From a virus, in IMG/VR virus record IMGVR_UViG_3300045912_000789, positions 107,910 to 171,909 of that record: DNA of 64,000 bases; one strand, written 5' to 3'. Of the stretch, positions 18,425-27,238 are shown piece after piece (positions within the stretch are counted from its first letter, which is position 1; each line of letters opens with the position of its first letter). Both the position numbers and the translations under genes were made by a program. The notes beneath the pieces were generated by a model, which had not been told where the DNA came from, did not search any database, and saw nothing but the letters and a program-made list of their open reading frames with translations.

Positions 18425-18724
18425 ATGCCCGAGTTCCGCTACGACAACGTCGCGCGCGCCTTCGACGAGGAGCTGGAGAAGGAGATGCTCCAGCACTCGT
18501 CAGAGAAGGCGGCGAAGCACCAGCCGGAGCCCGAGTCGGGCATCCAGCGCATCGCCAAGGGCAAGACCCCGCTCGACGAGGTCAAGGCCATCATCGACGC
18601 CTCGCGCTCCAAGAGCGCCGCGCAAGAGGTCGCGGAGCATCGGGTTCGCGGGAAGCTCGCCGCTCTCCGCGACGGGCCGCGGGAGCAGGTCGAGCAGTTC
18701 ATCAACCTCGCGAAGAACGGCTGA
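18425..18724 (+). CDS. small hypothetical protein between sheath and tube
   Basis: GAGG RBS; AFDEELEKE and K-x-A motifs like the head proteins. Confidence 0.6.
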   Translation: MPEFRYDNVARAFDEELEKEMLQHSSEKAAKHQPEPESGIQRIAKGKTPLDEVKAIIDASRSKSAAQEVAEHRVRGKLAALRDGPREQVEQFINLAKNG

Positions 18725-18749
18725 CAGGTAGCCGGAACAGGAGATCAGC

Positions 18750-19457
18750 ATGGCCAGCTACGACAACTGGAAGCCGTACGAGGGCTACGTCCAGAGCGGG
18801 GGCGAAGGCCCCGGGATGGTGGACGGGCAGTTCCTCAGCGGCGCGTTCATGGGCATCTTCGCCGGTCCGCCGCGTCTCGCGTCGGTCGGCGGCGCGCTCA
18901 CGCTCGGGGCGGCGCTCTCCTCGCCGGCGACGGCGAGCCAGATCGTCTACCCGGTCGGCATCACGCAGAACATGAACCTCAGCCACAACCGGCAGTTCAG
19001 CCGGATCTTCGAGCTGGGGTCGGAGCGCAGCTACTTCATCTCGGGCCGCACCATCGGTCAGCTCGGGCTGTCGCGCGTGCTCTACCACGGGCCGAGCATC
19101 CTCCGGACGCTCTACGCCTACTACCAGGACCTCGTGCCGAACACGCTGGTGCCGAGCGTGTTCCCGAACGTCGGCGCCGGCGCGATGCCGAACCCGCACG
19201 ACGTCGTGATCCCGCCGGGCTACGAGAACTTCTACGCCAACCTGGCGTCGGACCTGTTCTCGCAGCCGATCGGTCTGCTCGTGGTGCTCAAGGACTCGAA
19301 CCTCGACACCTACGGCGCGTTCTACCTGGAGTCCTGCTACATCCCGAACCACACGTTCGCGACGGATGCGCAGGGCGTGATCATCCAGGAGTCGGTCGCG
19401 GTGCAGTTCGAGCTGCTGATCCCCATCGCGACGCGGAGCATCGAGCTGATCACCTGA
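18750..19457 (+). CDS. tail tube protein
   Basis: Follows sheath; GITQN...RIFELGS..YFISG and FYLESCYI...IIQESVAVQFE. Confidence 0.8.
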   Translation: MASYDNWKPYEGYVQSGGEGPGMVDGQFLSGAFMGIFAGPPRLASVGGALTLGAALSSPATASQIVYPVGITQNMNLSHNRQFSRIFELGSERSYFISGRTIGQLGLSRVLYHGPSILRTLYAYYQDLVPNTLVPSVFPNVGAGAMPNPHDVVIPPGYENFYANLASDLFSQPIGLLVVLKDSNLDTYGAFYLESCYIPNHTFATDAQGVIIQESVAVQFELLIPIATRSIELIT

Positions 19458-19468
19458 ACGGGTGCAAG

Positions 19469-19519
19469 AGAACGAACCAGAGCCCCGGGCGCTTCGGCAC
19501 CCGGGGCTCTCGTCGTTCT
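19469..19519. terminator. hairpin between convergent units ending the structural module
   Basis: AGAGCCCCGGGCGC-TTCG-GCACCCGGGGCTCT, extended by AGAACGA/TCGTTCT. Confidence 0.75.
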
Positions 19520-19559
19520 AGGGGCATGACCACCCCTTACGAGGTGGGCCTGCCCGTCG

Positions 19560-19970
19560 TCAGGACTCCAGCTCGGCGATCCGCTTCTTCAGCTCCCGCT
19601 CCGACAGCTCGGAGAGCTTGCCGTCCTGCTTCTCGGCGAGGATCTGGAGGAGCTTCTCCTTCTCCTTCTTGTTCTCCGCGCGCCGCTTCGCGTCGGCCTC
19701 GTCGGCGAGCTTGACCTCGATGACGCGCTTGACGGTCTCCAGCGCCATCTCCAGCCGGACGTGGGCCGGGGTCTTGGCCGTCGACACGAAGCTCTCCTCG
19801 GTCGCGTCCTTGAACGCCTTGTTGGCGCTCTTCGCGATCGCGTCGAGGTTGAAGCTGTCGTTCGAGCGCAGCGGGACATCCCAGAGCTGTTCGACGTTCA
19901 GCTCTCCCTTCGCCGAGGCGAAGCGGAGCTTGTTGCGGGTGGCGTACTCGAAGAGGTTGATGTTGCTCAC
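19560..19970 (-). CDS. conserved phage hypothetical protein (coiled coil)
   Basis: LFEYATRNKLRF...VEQLWDVPL; AAGGAG RBS. Confidence 0.75.
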   Translation of the reverse strand: MSNINLFEYATRNKLRFASAKGELNVEQLWDVPLRSNDSFNLDAIAKSANKAFKDATEESFVSTAKTPAHVRLEMALETVKRVIEVKLADEADAKRRAENKKEKEKLLQILAEKQDGKLSELSERELKKRIAELES

Positions 19971-19995
19971 GATCTGTCTCCTTGTGTGTTGATGA

Positions 19996-22080
19996 TCAGG
20001 TGCCGACGTGGACGTTGAAGATGCGCTGCTTCTTGCCCTGCTGGGCGCGGACGAGGAACGTGTCCTTCTTGGTCGACGAGAAGCCCAGGCCGGCCAGATG
20101 CCCGTCCGTGGGTCGGCACTTGGTCTTGTCGCCGATGATCTCGAACACCTTCCGGTGCTCTTCGAGCCGCGGGTGGAGGAACTCGTTGTAGAACCCGCGC
20201 ATGTCTTCGTCGCTCTTCGCCCCCTCCAGGACGAAGAAGGTGTGCTTGTTCCCCACGGCGTTGTCGCCCCAGTAGTTCGGGCTGAGCATCACCGTGTTGA
20301 CCTTCACGTACCGCTCGGTCGTCAGGCCCCACTTCTCCTGCGAGATGTTGGCGGACGTGATGCCGGGATCGCCGGCCTCGACGCGCTCCACGACGCCGTT
20401 CTTCAGGTACAGCGTCACGACCGCGACGTCCTGTCGATTGCGGACCTGCTTGTTGTATGAGTAGTGCGTGAGCTTCCCCGCGTTCTCCACCTCGATGACG
20501 AACCCGGGGTTGTTGCTCTCGCGCTGGTTGTAGTTGTTCACGACGACCCGGTACGCGCCATCCGGCGGCTTGGCGGACCACACCACGTTCTCGACCGGCT
20601 CTCTCGTCTGGCCGCTGCCAGCGTTCATGTCGACGTCGAGCACGCCGCCGGTCCAGCCGCGCTTGTTCCCGAAGAAGATGTGCTCGTGCAGGCCTCGCAC
20701 CCCGCGACCCGCCGGCTCGTGGATGTGGATGTCCAGGTCGTCGTAGTTGAACCACGACAGCGAGACACGAAGGAGCGCGCTGTCGACCTTGCCGCCGGCC
20801 TTCTTCACGCGCTCCTTGATCGAGTCGGCGACGTTGCCACCGTAGGACCACGCGAAGTCGTTGCTCCAGCGGAAGAGCTGCTTGGGCTCCGGGTGCACCG
20901 GCGCCGTCAGAGCCATGAGGTTGCCGAGGTGCCGACCGGTGAAGAAGACCTCCATCGCCTGCGTCTCGGGGAGGACGCGGGTCATGAAGTCCTCGATCGA
21001 GATGTCCTCGGCGCGCTCCTCGTCCTTCGCGCTGCTCTGCTTCGTCTGGGCATGCTTCATGAGCACGTCGCCGATGCCGCCCTTCATCAGAGGCCGGGCG
21101 GCGCCGTCGACCCACAGCACGTCCTTCACCGACACGTCGCTCATGACGGCGAACCGGCGCTCCAGAGCGGGCTCCAGGCCCAGCGTCTCGATCGTTTCCA
21201 TCGCCTTCTTCACCATGCCGGGCGTGATGAGGGCGGTGGTCCGCTTGTAGTTCTGCGGGGCGACCTTCGTCTCGAAGCTGCGCACCGCACGCTCGATGTC
21301 CTGGCCCTCGGAGAGATCCTGGACGAGGGTGCCGATGACGGTGTTGCGGAACCGAGCAGCCGGGCTACCTGCGTTCGACCAGACGAAGAGGGAACGCTCG
21401 GCCGGCGAGAGATCGGTCGCCTGGTAGCGTCGCTGCATCTTCTGGAACTCGACGACCGCTCGCTTGTGCTCCTCGCCGCGGTAGAGGCTGTTGCTCTCGA
21501 TGAGCGAGAGCACCGTCTCGACGGCACCGTAGGAGAGCTCGACGAGCCCTCGCTCGAAGACCTGGACCGTCGTCCGGTAGTTGCCGCGATCGGTGTCTGG
21601 CAGGGCGGAGCGGAAGCCACGGGGGATCTCGCCCGTGTAGAAGTGATCCCAGGTCAGCGCCTTCTGCGACTCCTTGTCGAGCGAGCGGGTCTGCTGCGCT
21701 CCGAACTGCGTCTCGTTCTTCCCGACTCGGAAGATGTCGCGGATGCCTGCCGAGATCACGGCCTGCCGAAGCTCAGTCGCGACGATGCTGTACGGACCAG
21801 GCGCGCTCTCCGCGGCGCGGTCCCAGATGGTGATCACCTTCCCGTTCGAGATGGTGATCACGCTGCCGGCTCGGCGGATGAACTGCTTGCAGCACGAGCA
21901 GTCGTGCTCGGTGCGCTTCTTGAAGATCGGGTTGGTTCCTTCGGGGAAAGAGCTGAGGTACTTCGACCAGAGATCGTCCCCGTCCAGGTTGGCGACGAAG
22001 ACGGCGTTGATCTCGCCGTCCTTCGTGATGCGCTGGAAAGTGTCGGCGACGACGCGGGCGAACGCGGGGAAGTGGTTCAT
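19996..22080 (-). CDS. conserved large phage protein with HDCSCC motif and YfaP/DUF2135-like domain
   Basis: ATG 22080 after AAGGA; EHDCSCCKQFI; LRVSLSWFNYDDLDIHIHEP...LDVDMN...ENV. Confidence 0.75.
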   Translation of the reverse strand: MNHFPAFARVVADTFQRITKDGEINAVFVANLDGDDLWSKYLSSFPEGTNPIFKKRTEHDCSCCKQFIRRAGSVITISNGKVITIWDRAAESAPGPYSIVATELRQAVISAGIRDIFRVGKNETQFGAQQTRSLDKESQKALTWDHFYTGEIPRGFRSALPDTDRGNYRTTVQVFERGLVELSYGAVETVLSLIESNSLYRGEEHKRAVVEFQKMQRRYQATDLSPAERSLFVWSNAGSPAARFRNTVIGTLVQDLSEGQDIERAVRSFETKVAPQNYKRTTALITPGMVKKAMETIETLGLEPALERRFAVMSDVSVKDVLWVDGAARPLMKGGIGDVLMKHAQTKQSSAKDEERAEDISIEDFMTRVLPETQAMEVFFTGRHLGNLMALTAPVHPEPKQLFRWSNDFAWSYGGNVADSIKERVKKAGGKVDSALLRVSLSWFNYDDLDIHIHEPAGRGVRGLHEHIFFGNKRGWTGGVLDVDMNAGSGQTREPVENVVWSAKPPDGAYRVVVNNYNQRESNNPGFVIEVENAGKLTHYSYNKQVRNRQDVAVVTLYLKNGVVERVEAGDPGITSANISQEKWGLTTERYVKVNTVMLSPNYWGDNAVGNKHTFFVLEGAKSDEDMRGFYNEFLHPRLEEHRKVFEIIGDKTKCRPTDGHLAGLGFSSTKKDTFLVRAQQGKKQRIFNVHVGT

Positions 22081-22126
22081 GTGGGTCCTTCTGTGTTCGG
22101 TGTGTTCGGTGGAACCTTTACATGAG

Positions 22127-22133
22127 CTGATAG
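22127..22133 (-). promoter_or_regulatory. CTATNAG element (CTATCAG)
   Basis: Upstream of 22080 start. Confidence 0.65.
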
Positions 22134-22169
22134 GAGAGATCGTGAATGACTCCGCGCCGATCACTGGAC

Positions 22170-22206
22170 AAACGAAAGCCCCGGGACGACGTCGCCGTCC
22201 CGGGGC
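22170..22206 (-). terminator. intrinsic terminator
   Basis: GCCCCGGGACG stem with TTTCGTTT tail on minus strand. Confidence 0.7.
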
Positions 22207-22247
22207 CTGCGCCTTACTGGCAGAGGCAGTAGCGCACGTCTGAGGCG

Positions 22248-22448
22248 CTACGCCGCGGCCCTCTTCGAGGACCGACTCGCCTTGGTCCTCTCGCGCTTCT
22301 CCTTCCTGCGCCACTTCCGCAGGGACGCCAGCCGGTTGTAGCCCGCCTCGATGAGGCGGTCGGTTGCCTCGGGGATGGTCAGACCCTCGCGGTTGGCCAG
22401 CTCGGCGACGTGGATGGTGGCTTCGTTCGAGACGCGGACGGTCTGCAT
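22248..22448 (-). CDS. small ribbon-helix-helix-like DNA-binding protein with basic tail
   Basis: AGGAG RBS; MQTVRVS strand then two helices. Confidence 0.55.
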   Translation of the reverse strand: MQTVRVSNEATIHVAELANREGLTIPEATDRLIEAGYNRLASLRKWRRKEKRERTKASRSSKRAAA

Positions 22449-22524
22449 ACGGATTCTCCTGTGCCTGGGTGCGGTGTGGGCTGTCGCCCGGTGTGGTCCG
22501 CGCAGGAGCAGGCCGCATGCCAGC

Positions 22525-22569
22525 AAAAAGAACACGGCCAGAGGAGACCCGCGAGGGCCTCCCCGGACC
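22525..22569 (-). terminator. intrinsic terminator after AhpD-like gene
   Basis: GGTCCGGGGAGGCCC-TCGC-GGGTCTCCTCTGGCC then GTGTTCTTTTT. Confidence 0.65.
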
Positions 22570-22577
22570 GTGGAGGA

Positions 22578-23141
22578 TCAGCGGACGTAGCCGCGCTCGG
22601 CGATCATCTTGCCGGCGCGCAGCAGGCCCTCGTCCGAGCCGACGTCGGGGTTCAGGCCGGTGACGTACCGGTTGAACATCGAGAAGGCCGAGGCGATCAG
22701 CGCGGCGTCGTGGACCTCCTGGTCGGTCAGGCCCTCCGGGCGCTCGACGAGCGCGTGGTTGCCGATGTTGTAGGCGATCGACATCAGGCTGACGTCGCGC
22801 TTGCTCATCGGGAAGCTCATGGTCGCCAGCTCCTCGATCGGCCTGGCGTTCACGAACCCGCCGAGGAAACTGCTCGCCGCCCCGAAGGCGAAGAAGACGT
22901 CCTCGAAGCCCACCTTGCCGTCGAGCGCGACGAGCACGGCGGCGTGCGACTTCGCGCAGAACTCGCAGCCGTTGAACATCGAGACCGTGACCGCGATCAG
23001 CTCGCGCTCACGGCGGCTGAGCGAACCGGGCTCGACCATGAGGAACTGCGCCAGCTCGCGCAGGCGCCGGCCGGACTCCGGGTAGGTCTCCAGGAGACCG
23101 ATGATGCCGGGGAGGTTGTCGTTGATGTGGATCTTGCTCAT
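22578..23141 (-). CDS. AhpD/CMD-family peroxidase-related protein
   Basis: LSRRERELIAVTVS..NGCEFCAKSH motif; GAGGAG RBS. Confidence 0.85.
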   Translation of the reverse strand: MSKIHINDNLPGIIGLLETYPESGRRLRELAQFLMVEPGSLSRRERELIAVTVSMFNGCEFCAKSHAAVLVALDGKVGFEDVFFAFGAASSFLGGFVNARPIEELATMSFPMSKRDVSLMSIAYNIGNHALVERPEGLTDQEVHDAALIASAFSMFNRYVTGLNPDVGSDEGLLRAGKMIAERGYVR

Positions 23142-23183
23142 GTGTTCTCCTCGGACGATCGTTGGTGATCGCCTCTTCACATG

Positions 23184-23190
23184 CTCATAG
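23184..23190 (-). promoter_or_regulatory. CTATNAG element (CTATGAG)
   Basis: TCGTTTGCCC-CTATGAG upstream of AhpD-like gene. Confidence 0.65.
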
Positions 23191-23208
23191 GGGCAAACGA
23201 AGGGCGGT

Positions 23209-23238
23209 TGCCTGGGGAGGCCGCAGCCTCCCCAGGCA
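23209..23238 (-). terminator. stem-loop
   Basis: 13-bp perfect stem TGCCTGGGGAGGC/GCCTCCCCAGGCA. Confidence 0.65.
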
Positions 23239-23243
23239 CCTGG

Positions 23244-23907
23244 TCAGCAGCCGAAGCGGCCGGTGCGGTTGTACTCGTTGTAGTGAGTCGGGTGGCCCAC
23301 GCCGTTCCGCTTCGCCTGCTCGATGGTGTCGACGTGCACGCGGAGCGGCGCCTTCGTGCGCATCACGCAGGCGCGCCGCGCGAGGCCCTCGATGGGCTGC
23401 GTGGGATCGTGGACGACCTCGCAGGGGCCGAGGATCTCCACGTGCCGGGAGACGAGCACCGCGCTCTTCTCCCAGTCGCCGTACTCGACGCTGGAGCGGT
23501 CCATGCGCAGGAGACGCGCGTCGCTGATCTTGCCGCTCTCCGGGATCTCGTAGATCTCGATCAGCGGCCAGTAGTTCTTGATCTCGCGGAGCTTCGAGTT
23601 CTCCTGGACCGTCTGCCCGCTCACCGCGATGGCGCGGTGCGCGGACGGCAGGACGATCACCTCGGTCTCGTACAGCTCGGGCAGCTTGGGCCGGGGCCAC
23701 GCCGCGAAGAGCTTGTCGAGCAGCGCGAGCCGGTCGCCGTAGCTCAGCTCGCGGTTCCCGTTGAGCTTCCGGATCTCGGCGTCGAGCTGGGGACCGGAGA
23801 GGACGATCTCGGTCTTCGTATCGGGCTTCACCAACGACGCGCCCTTCTTGGCGCGGCTTGCTGGTCTTCGTCTTGGTCGTGCGGGACACGGTCTGGGTCG
23901 TGGTCAT
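23244..23907 (-). pseudogene. hypothetical protein with apparent +1 frame break near codon 18
   Basis: ATG 23907 has GAGGAG RBS but is out of frame with the 23244-23834 ORF; GC3-biased frame switches at AAG CCG C GCC AAG. Confidence 0.55.
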
Positions 23908-23949
23908 GTTGCTCTCCTCGTTCGACGAGTCCATCTCGCCGATCAAGAG

Positions 23950-23956
23950 CTGATAG
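23950..23956 (-). promoter_or_regulatory. CTATNAG element (CTATCAG)
   Basis: Upstream of 23907. Confidence 0.65.
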
Positions 23957-24002
23957 GGATCCGCTTTCCCAGTTCGCGGCCTCTGGGCTATACTCGCGGG
24001 CG

Positions 24003-25793
24003 ATGGCTGCCCACAAGCTCCAAGGCCGGATGAAGCTCTACGGGTTCGAGATCTCGATCGAGAACGCGAAGGGCTCCGTGCGTCGGTGGTACGACCCTCA
24101 CGGCAAGGAGAAGGGCCACACCAAGATGCACTTCGACTACGGGTACATCCGTGGGACGAAGGGCACCGACGGTGATCACGTCGACGTCTACGTCGGGCCA
24201 AACCCGGAGTCCGATCGAGTCTTCATCGTGAACCAGATGAAGAAGCCACCGGTCGACACCGACGGCGCGTGGACGCGCTTCGACGAGCAGAAGGTGATGC
24301 TGGCGTTCAAGGACGCCGCCGCGGCCAAGGCCGCCTACCTCAAGCAGTACGACGATCCGCGCTTCTTCGGCGGGATGAAGGAGATGTCCGTGGACGACTT
24401 CAAGACGAAGGTCATGGCTCGCGAGAACCACGGCAAGAAAATCGCGCAGGACGCCGCCCGGCTTGGACGGCTCTACGCGGAGCTGAACCTGGCACGCCTC
24501 GCCGGCGACGAGCCCATCGTGATGCCGAAGCTCGCCAAGAGCGAGCTGCTGGGAGAGGGGACGCCTGGTATCAGCACGCTGCCGGCGATCACCAACTACG
24601 CTCAGGCCACGATGTCGAAGCAGGAGCGCAAGGAGGCCGACCGCGAGATGAAGACGTCGGGTCTCTCCCACACCCACGAGACGACCCGCGGGCTTTCCAG
24701 GAAGGCGATCACCGAAGGCAAGCGCGTCGAGGCCGAGCACACCGACGACCCCAACACGGCGCGCCAGATCGCGATCGATCATCTCCACGAAGACCCGCAA
24801 TACTACGAGAAGCTGAAGAAGGTGGAGAAGCACGCGGCCGACGACCGGGTGAGCCGCATCGCCGATCGGGTCGACGACGTCGGTCTGGCGATGCTCGGGG
24901 CTCCGAGCGCAGCGTACCTGACCGGCAGCGTGCTGAAGCGGCTGCCCAGCGCGAAGGCGCGCGCAGCGGGCGTCGGTCTCCAGCACGGGGTGGAGAAGCT
25001 CCGCGCCGGTGTCCACCACGGCGTCGAGGCCGCCGGGCTCGCGCTCGTCTCGCCGACCGTCTCGCATGCCATCGCGAGGAAGATCGACGAGAAGACGAAG
25101 AAGGCCAACGGCGACATGGCCCAGTACTTCATGGACCACCCGGAGAAGCTCAAGGAGAAGCAGGAGCGAGACCGGGCGAAGAAGGCCGAGCTGGAGAAGA
25201 TCGCCCAGAGCATCTTCTCCGACTACGAGTACAAGACCGAGAGCGAGAAGACCGCGATCATCGCGATGCTCGGTCGGATGGGCGGGCTCGCCAGCCGGGC
25301 GGGCAAGGCGGTGTCCGGTGGGGCTCGGGCGGCGACCGCCGCGGCGGGGCAGGCCGCCGGACGCGCCAGCTCGGGGCTCAGCTCGGCCGTCGCCCGCGCC
25401 GGCGACAAGCTCAAGGGCGGGTTCATCGCCGGCGAGCGCGGCGTCAGCCAGGCCGTCGGGGAGCGTGCAGCGCGCATGGCGCGGACCCCCGGCTCGGCCA
25501 TCTCGAAGGTCCCGGCGGTGACCCCGCCAGCCAGCGTGGCCAAGGGGGGCGTCCCGACCCCCGTCCCGACCACCACGGCGGCTCCTGCGGCCTCCGCAGC
25601 GGCTCCGAGGGGGTCGGGGAAGTGGAACCCCCTGAGCGCTCGAAACCTCGTCCTGGCCGGCGGTGGCGCCGCGCTGGGGCTCGGGGCGTACGGTGGCTAC
25701 AAGGGGATCCAGACGGCCTCGAACCTGCTCCAGACGCACCACGAGGCGCCGCTGGCGCCCCCGGGGTTCGCCGGTACCGGGCGGGTGTTCTAG
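24003..25793 (+). CDS. polyvalent-type protein: InPase-like + DUF5661-like + Gly/Ala-rich region
   Basis: ISIEN..GSVR...DYGYIRGTKGTDGDHVDVYVG...FDEQKVML; EGKRVEAEHTDDP..ARQIAIDHLHEDPQYYEKL. Confidence 0.75.
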   Translation: MAAHKLQGRMKLYGFEISIENAKGSVRRWYDPHGKEKGHTKMHFDYGYIRGTKGTDGDHVDVYVGPNPESDRVFIVNQMKKPPVDTDGAWTRFDEQKVMLAFKDAAAAKAAYLKQYDDPRFFGGMKEMSVDDFKTKVMARENHGKKIAQDAARLGRLYAELNLARLAGDEPIVMPKLAKSELLGEGTPGISTLPAITNYAQATMSKQERKEADREMKTSGLSHTHETTRGLSRKAITEGKRVEAEHTDDPNTARQIAIDHLHEDPQYYEKLKKVEKHAADDRVSRIADRVDDVGLAMLGAPSAAYLTGSVLKRLPSAKARAAGVGLQHGVEKLRAGVHHGVEAAGLALVSPTVSHAIARKIDEKTKKANGDMAQYFMDHPEKLKEKQERDRAKKAELEKIAQSIFSDYEYKTESEKTAIIAMLGRMGGLASRAGKAVSGGARAATAAAGQAAGRASSGLSSAVARAGDKLKGGFIAGERGVSQAVGERAARMARTPGSAISKVPAVTPPASVAKGGVPTPVPTTTAAPAASAAAPRGSGKWNPLSARNLVLAGGGAALGLGAYGGYKGIQTASNLLQTHHEAPLAPPGFAGTGRVF

Positions 25794-25841
25794 GCGGGGC
25801 GGGGCGGCCCCGAACGGGACGAGGGCCTCCACGCCTCGCTG

Positions 25842-26171
25842 CTATAGCTGAACCGGTCGGCGAAGCTCGGGCAGCCCCAGCTCCTCATCCGTGATCGGAT
25901 CTCCCAGCTCGTACCTCTCGATGAAGAGATTGACGAGCGGAGTCCACTGACCGGCTATCGTGGTGGTAGGCGAGATCACTCCGATGACGCCGAGTATGTC
26001 GGAGAGAGCGATCGACGCGTCTACACGTTCGGACTCGTTCTCCTTCGAGAAGATGTAGTTCGAGCCCCACAGGCCGGATGCTGTAGCAACCAAGAAAACG
26101 AGATGATCGCGGAACCCCGCCTGGCGCAGGTACTCGGCCTGCACCAGACGGGGCTCGAACTGATCACTCAC
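25842..26171 (-). CDS. hypothetical protein (weaker GC3 bias)
   Basis: GTGA coupling to upstream gene. Confidence 0.5.
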   Translation of the reverse strand: MSDQFEPRLVQAEYLRQAGFRDHLVFLVATASGLWGSNYIFSKENESERVDASIALSDILGVIGVISPTTTIAGQWTPLVNLFIERYELGDPITDEELGLPELRRPVQL

Positions 26172-26395
26172 CAGCGCTCCATCCAGCGGAGGAGGGACTG
26201 GTCGGCGATGAGCGCAGCGCGAGTCGCGAGCGCCTCGGCGGTTCCGGCTTCGATGAGGCCGCCCGGCTTGCCACTGCTCGGGCGGACCTGCAACAGCAGA
26301 ACCAGGGCGGTGTCGTAGCAGCGCTCCCAGTGGGCGCGCGCCTCGAACCGCTTGCTCTCGTCGAGGGCCTCGACCCTCTTCTTCACGGTCGTCAT
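26168..26395 (-). CDS. hypothetical protein
   Basis: ATGA coupling at 26392-26395. Confidence 0.55.
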   Translation of the reverse strand: MTTVKKRVEALDESKRFEARAHWERCYDTALVLLLQVRPSSGKPGGLIEAGTAEALATRAALIADQSLLRWMERW

Positions 26396-26874
26396 GCGTA
26401 CTCGTGGGGCTCGGTCAGCGACTCGTAGAGCCGCCGAAGCGTGGTGTTCCAGGTGATCGATTCGCGGATGCGCGTCAGGAACGCCTGGATGCCCGAGCGG
26501 TAGAGCGAGTAGGCGCCGTCGTGGCAGTAGACCGCCTCGATGTAGCCCTTCTCGCGGTTCACGTTGGTGATCGCCCAGCCCTTGTTCAGGATGAAGTAGG
26601 CCGTGGGGCGGTCGGGATCCTGCCGCCCGTAGGGCTGCCAGCTCGCCGGCTTCTCGCCGGTGATCCACTTGGACTTCGTCATGAGATCGAAGGCCTCCTG
26701 GATGCCGAGCTTGTGGACGATGTCGAAGCACTGGAAGTCGTGGATGTACGTCCCGTGCTCGTTGAACATGATCTCTCGTGCCATCGGTGTCCTCGTCGGT
26801 TCGGTGTGGTGGATGGGGCACTCGCACTCGTGGTGCGCGCACCCGCAGGCATTGCAGGCTCCGTACGCCATCAC
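26392..26874 (-). CDS. hypothetical protein with Cys/His-rich N-terminus (alternative start near 26784)
   Basis: Coupled ORF, typical codon bias. Confidence 0.6.
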   Translation of the reverse strand: MMAYGACNACGCAHHECECPIHHTEPTRTPMAREIMFNEHGTYIHDFQCFDIVHKLGIQEAFDLMTKSKWITGEKPASWQPYGRQDPDRPTAYFILNKGWAITNVNREKGYIEAVYCHDGAYSLYRSGIQAFLTRIRESITWNTTLRRLYESLTEPHEYA

Positions 26875-27209
26875 GCCTCCACGACCGGCCCGTTGCGCCG
26901 GGCCAGCAGGTGCCGGATGAGAACGCCGTTGAGGGCGATCTCGTCGTGGGTCTCCCGCGCGACGCGCGAGATGCCGCCCATCTGGATGGCGGCGACGAAG
27001 TCGGCCATCTGGCCGCGCTTCACGCGCTCGCGCAGGCCCTCGATGGCGTGCGCCAGCTCGACGTTCCGGAGCAGCAGCTCCGCCTGCTCGTCGATCAGCT
27101 TCGTCACACTGGGGTCGCGGGCGAACTGCTTGCGCAGCTCCATCAGGTTCTTCACGGACATCTGGGTCATGTCCGCGAGCTGTGCCGGGTCGATGTCGTT
27201 GATGGTCAT
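26871..27209 (-). CDS. hypothetical protein
   Basis: AGGAGGAG RBS. Confidence 0.7.
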   Translation of the reverse strand: MTINDIDPAQLADMTQMSVKNLMELRKQFARDPSVTKLIDEQAELLLRNVELAHAIEGLRERVKRGQMADFVAAIQMGGISRVARETHDEIALNGVLIRHLLARRNGPVVEA

Positions 27210-27227
27210 ATCTGTCTCCTCCTACTA

Positions 27228-27234
27228 CTTATAG
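27228..27234 (-). promoter_or_regulatory. CTATNAG element (CTATAAG)
   Basis: 18 nt upstream of 27209. Confidence 0.65.
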
Positions 27235-27238
27235 CCGA

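Noticed and set aside
14576-18724. 1382-aa alternative-frame ORF and other long shadow ORFs (e.g. 15843-18101, 5913-7916, 10498-12318)
   Set aside because: Arg/Pro/Gly-rich by-products of strong GC3 bias overlapping well-supported genes; only the last 99 codons (18425-18724) look real.
14475-19457. Tailocin or extracellular contractile injection system
   Set aside because: Capsid genes and phage-type replication and nucleotide genes are present.
23181-24002. N-terminal extension of the 870-aa ORF
   Set aside because: Antisense shadow of the minus-strand gene; protein-like sequence begins at ATG 24003.
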